Below are positions 43,321 through 44,181 of a stretch of 44,181 bases of DNA, piece by piece. Position numbers and translations under genes: made by a program. Source of the stretch: Betaproteobacteria bacterium (GTDB taxonomy: Bacteria; Pseudomonadota; Gammaproteobacteria; Burkholderiales; Usitatibacteraceae); assembly GCA_016790625.1 (NCBI GenBank), contig JAEUNB010000030.1:1-44181 (forward strand), in the 5' to 3' direction. How positions within the stretch are numbered: the stretch's first letter is position 1; each line of letters opens with the position of its first letter. The notes under the pieces were generated by a model. It ran no database searches, was not told the DNA's origin, and worked only from the letters and a program-made list of their open reading frames with translations.

Positions 43321-43640
43321 GGCGGACTAATCTTCAAAAATTCGTCTTGATTGATGATACGCCAGCCGGATTTGTAGCCGGCCAAGGGACGCAGCCAACA
43401 CTGGTTTTCAATGTGCGATTTGCCACTGCCATTTGCTTGCTGCCCGCGTAGCATCCCCGCAACAAGGGGTGGATAAGCGGTTTACAACAAGAGGGCAAGC
43501 GCATAGTATGTGTTGCTGGGACGTTATCAAATGACTTTCCCTTTGAAATCAAAAACAAAGGCGTTGGTCTTGACGCGGCTTAACAAGGTTCGCCCGTACA
43601 GAGGTTTGACTGCGGGCGGCGCACCAACACGGTACTGCCC

Positions 43641-44181
43641 ATGACAAAAATATCCCCCTTGCGCGGCGCACGCCGGCAATCGATTCCGCACCTGCTCGCG
43701 GCGCTGTTGTTGGCGTTTTCTGGGACGGCCTTAGCCAATCCCAAATTGTTGGCAGATGCCCAGCAGCAGCTTGCCGCCGGCAATCCCAAGCAAGCCTATA
43801 TGCTGCTGGTGGCCGAGCAGAACAAACTCTCCGGTACGCCGGAGTACGACTACTTGCTGGGGGTGTCGGCGCTGGATAGCGGCAAGATCGACGAATCGAT
43901 CATCGCTTTCGAGCGCGTATTGGCGGTCAATCCCAAGAACGCGGGAGCCTTGATGGACTTGGGCCGCGCCTACTTCTCCGCCGGTTCCATTGACCTGGCC
44001 GAGGCCACGTTCCGCCAGTTGCAGAACAGCAACCCACCGCCCGCGGCGCAAGCCTCGATCGATCGCTACTTGCAGGCGATTGCGCAAAAACGCGATCAAG
44101 GCAAGCGCGCGCTGTATGCCTATGGCGAGGTTTCGCTGGGCTATGACAGCAATATCACCGGCGTGCCGAAAGATTTCACCG
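43641..44181 (+). CDS. TPR-repeat outer-membrane protein, Slam/DUF560-like (N-terminal part; runs off the window)
   Basis: Manual translation from ATG 43641: MTKISPLRGARRQSIPHLLAALLLAFSGTALA (signal peptide), then TPR-like LLGVSALDSGKIDESIIAFERVLAVNPKNAGALMDLGRAYFSAGSIDLAEATFRQL, then ALYAYGEVSLGYDSNITG (start of a beta-barrel). Not in the track because it is open at the right edge. Confidence 0.6.
   Translation, partial: MTKISPLRGARRQSIPHLLAALLLAFSGTALANPKLLADAQQQLAAGNPKQAYMLLVAEQNKLSGTPEYDYLLGVSALDSGKIDESIIAFERVLAVNPKNAGALMDLGRAYFSAGSIDLAEATFRQLQNSNPPPAAQASIDRYLQAIAQKRDQGKRALYAYGEVSLGYDSNITGVPKDFT

Overview
This is a chromosomal window of about 58-60% GC from a Gram-negative bacterium. Gene content and order (orn divergent from M48-peptidase/phhB/rsgA, plus corA, htpX, glpK) suggest Betaproteobacteria/Burkholderiales; that assignment is an inference. 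I support 37 protein-coding genes. I found no rRNA, tRNA, CRISPR array, transposase or integrase. Housekeeping genes are interleaved with accessory, envelope-directed genes. (1) Two adjacent giant secreted proteins, an SBBP beta-propeller repeat protein and a heparinase II/III-like lyase, share a C-terminal FN3 + beta-sandwich + dockerin-like module. (2) A same-strand string encodes an RND adaptor, an RND pump, a PlpD-like type Vd patatin autotransporter and Tat-exported PhoX, with the plpD-like stop overlapping the phoX start. (3) The most interesting region, 32.7-38.2 kb, holds a CHASE2-sensor class III adenylate cyclase, a secreted FecR/DUF928-like protein, and a signal-peptide-bearing caspase (C14) fused to 10 MORN repeats. 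A FlK-like thioesterase gene follows. I propose this as an uncharacterised extracytoplasmic protease/cyclic-nucleotide module. A 65-75 bp REP-like inverted-repeat family occurs six times, always just 3' of a stop codon. All domain calls rest on motif recognition by eye and need HMM or BLAST confirmation. Many long track ORFs are antisense or alternate-frame shadows of real genes, and the track also counts TTG and GTG as starts.
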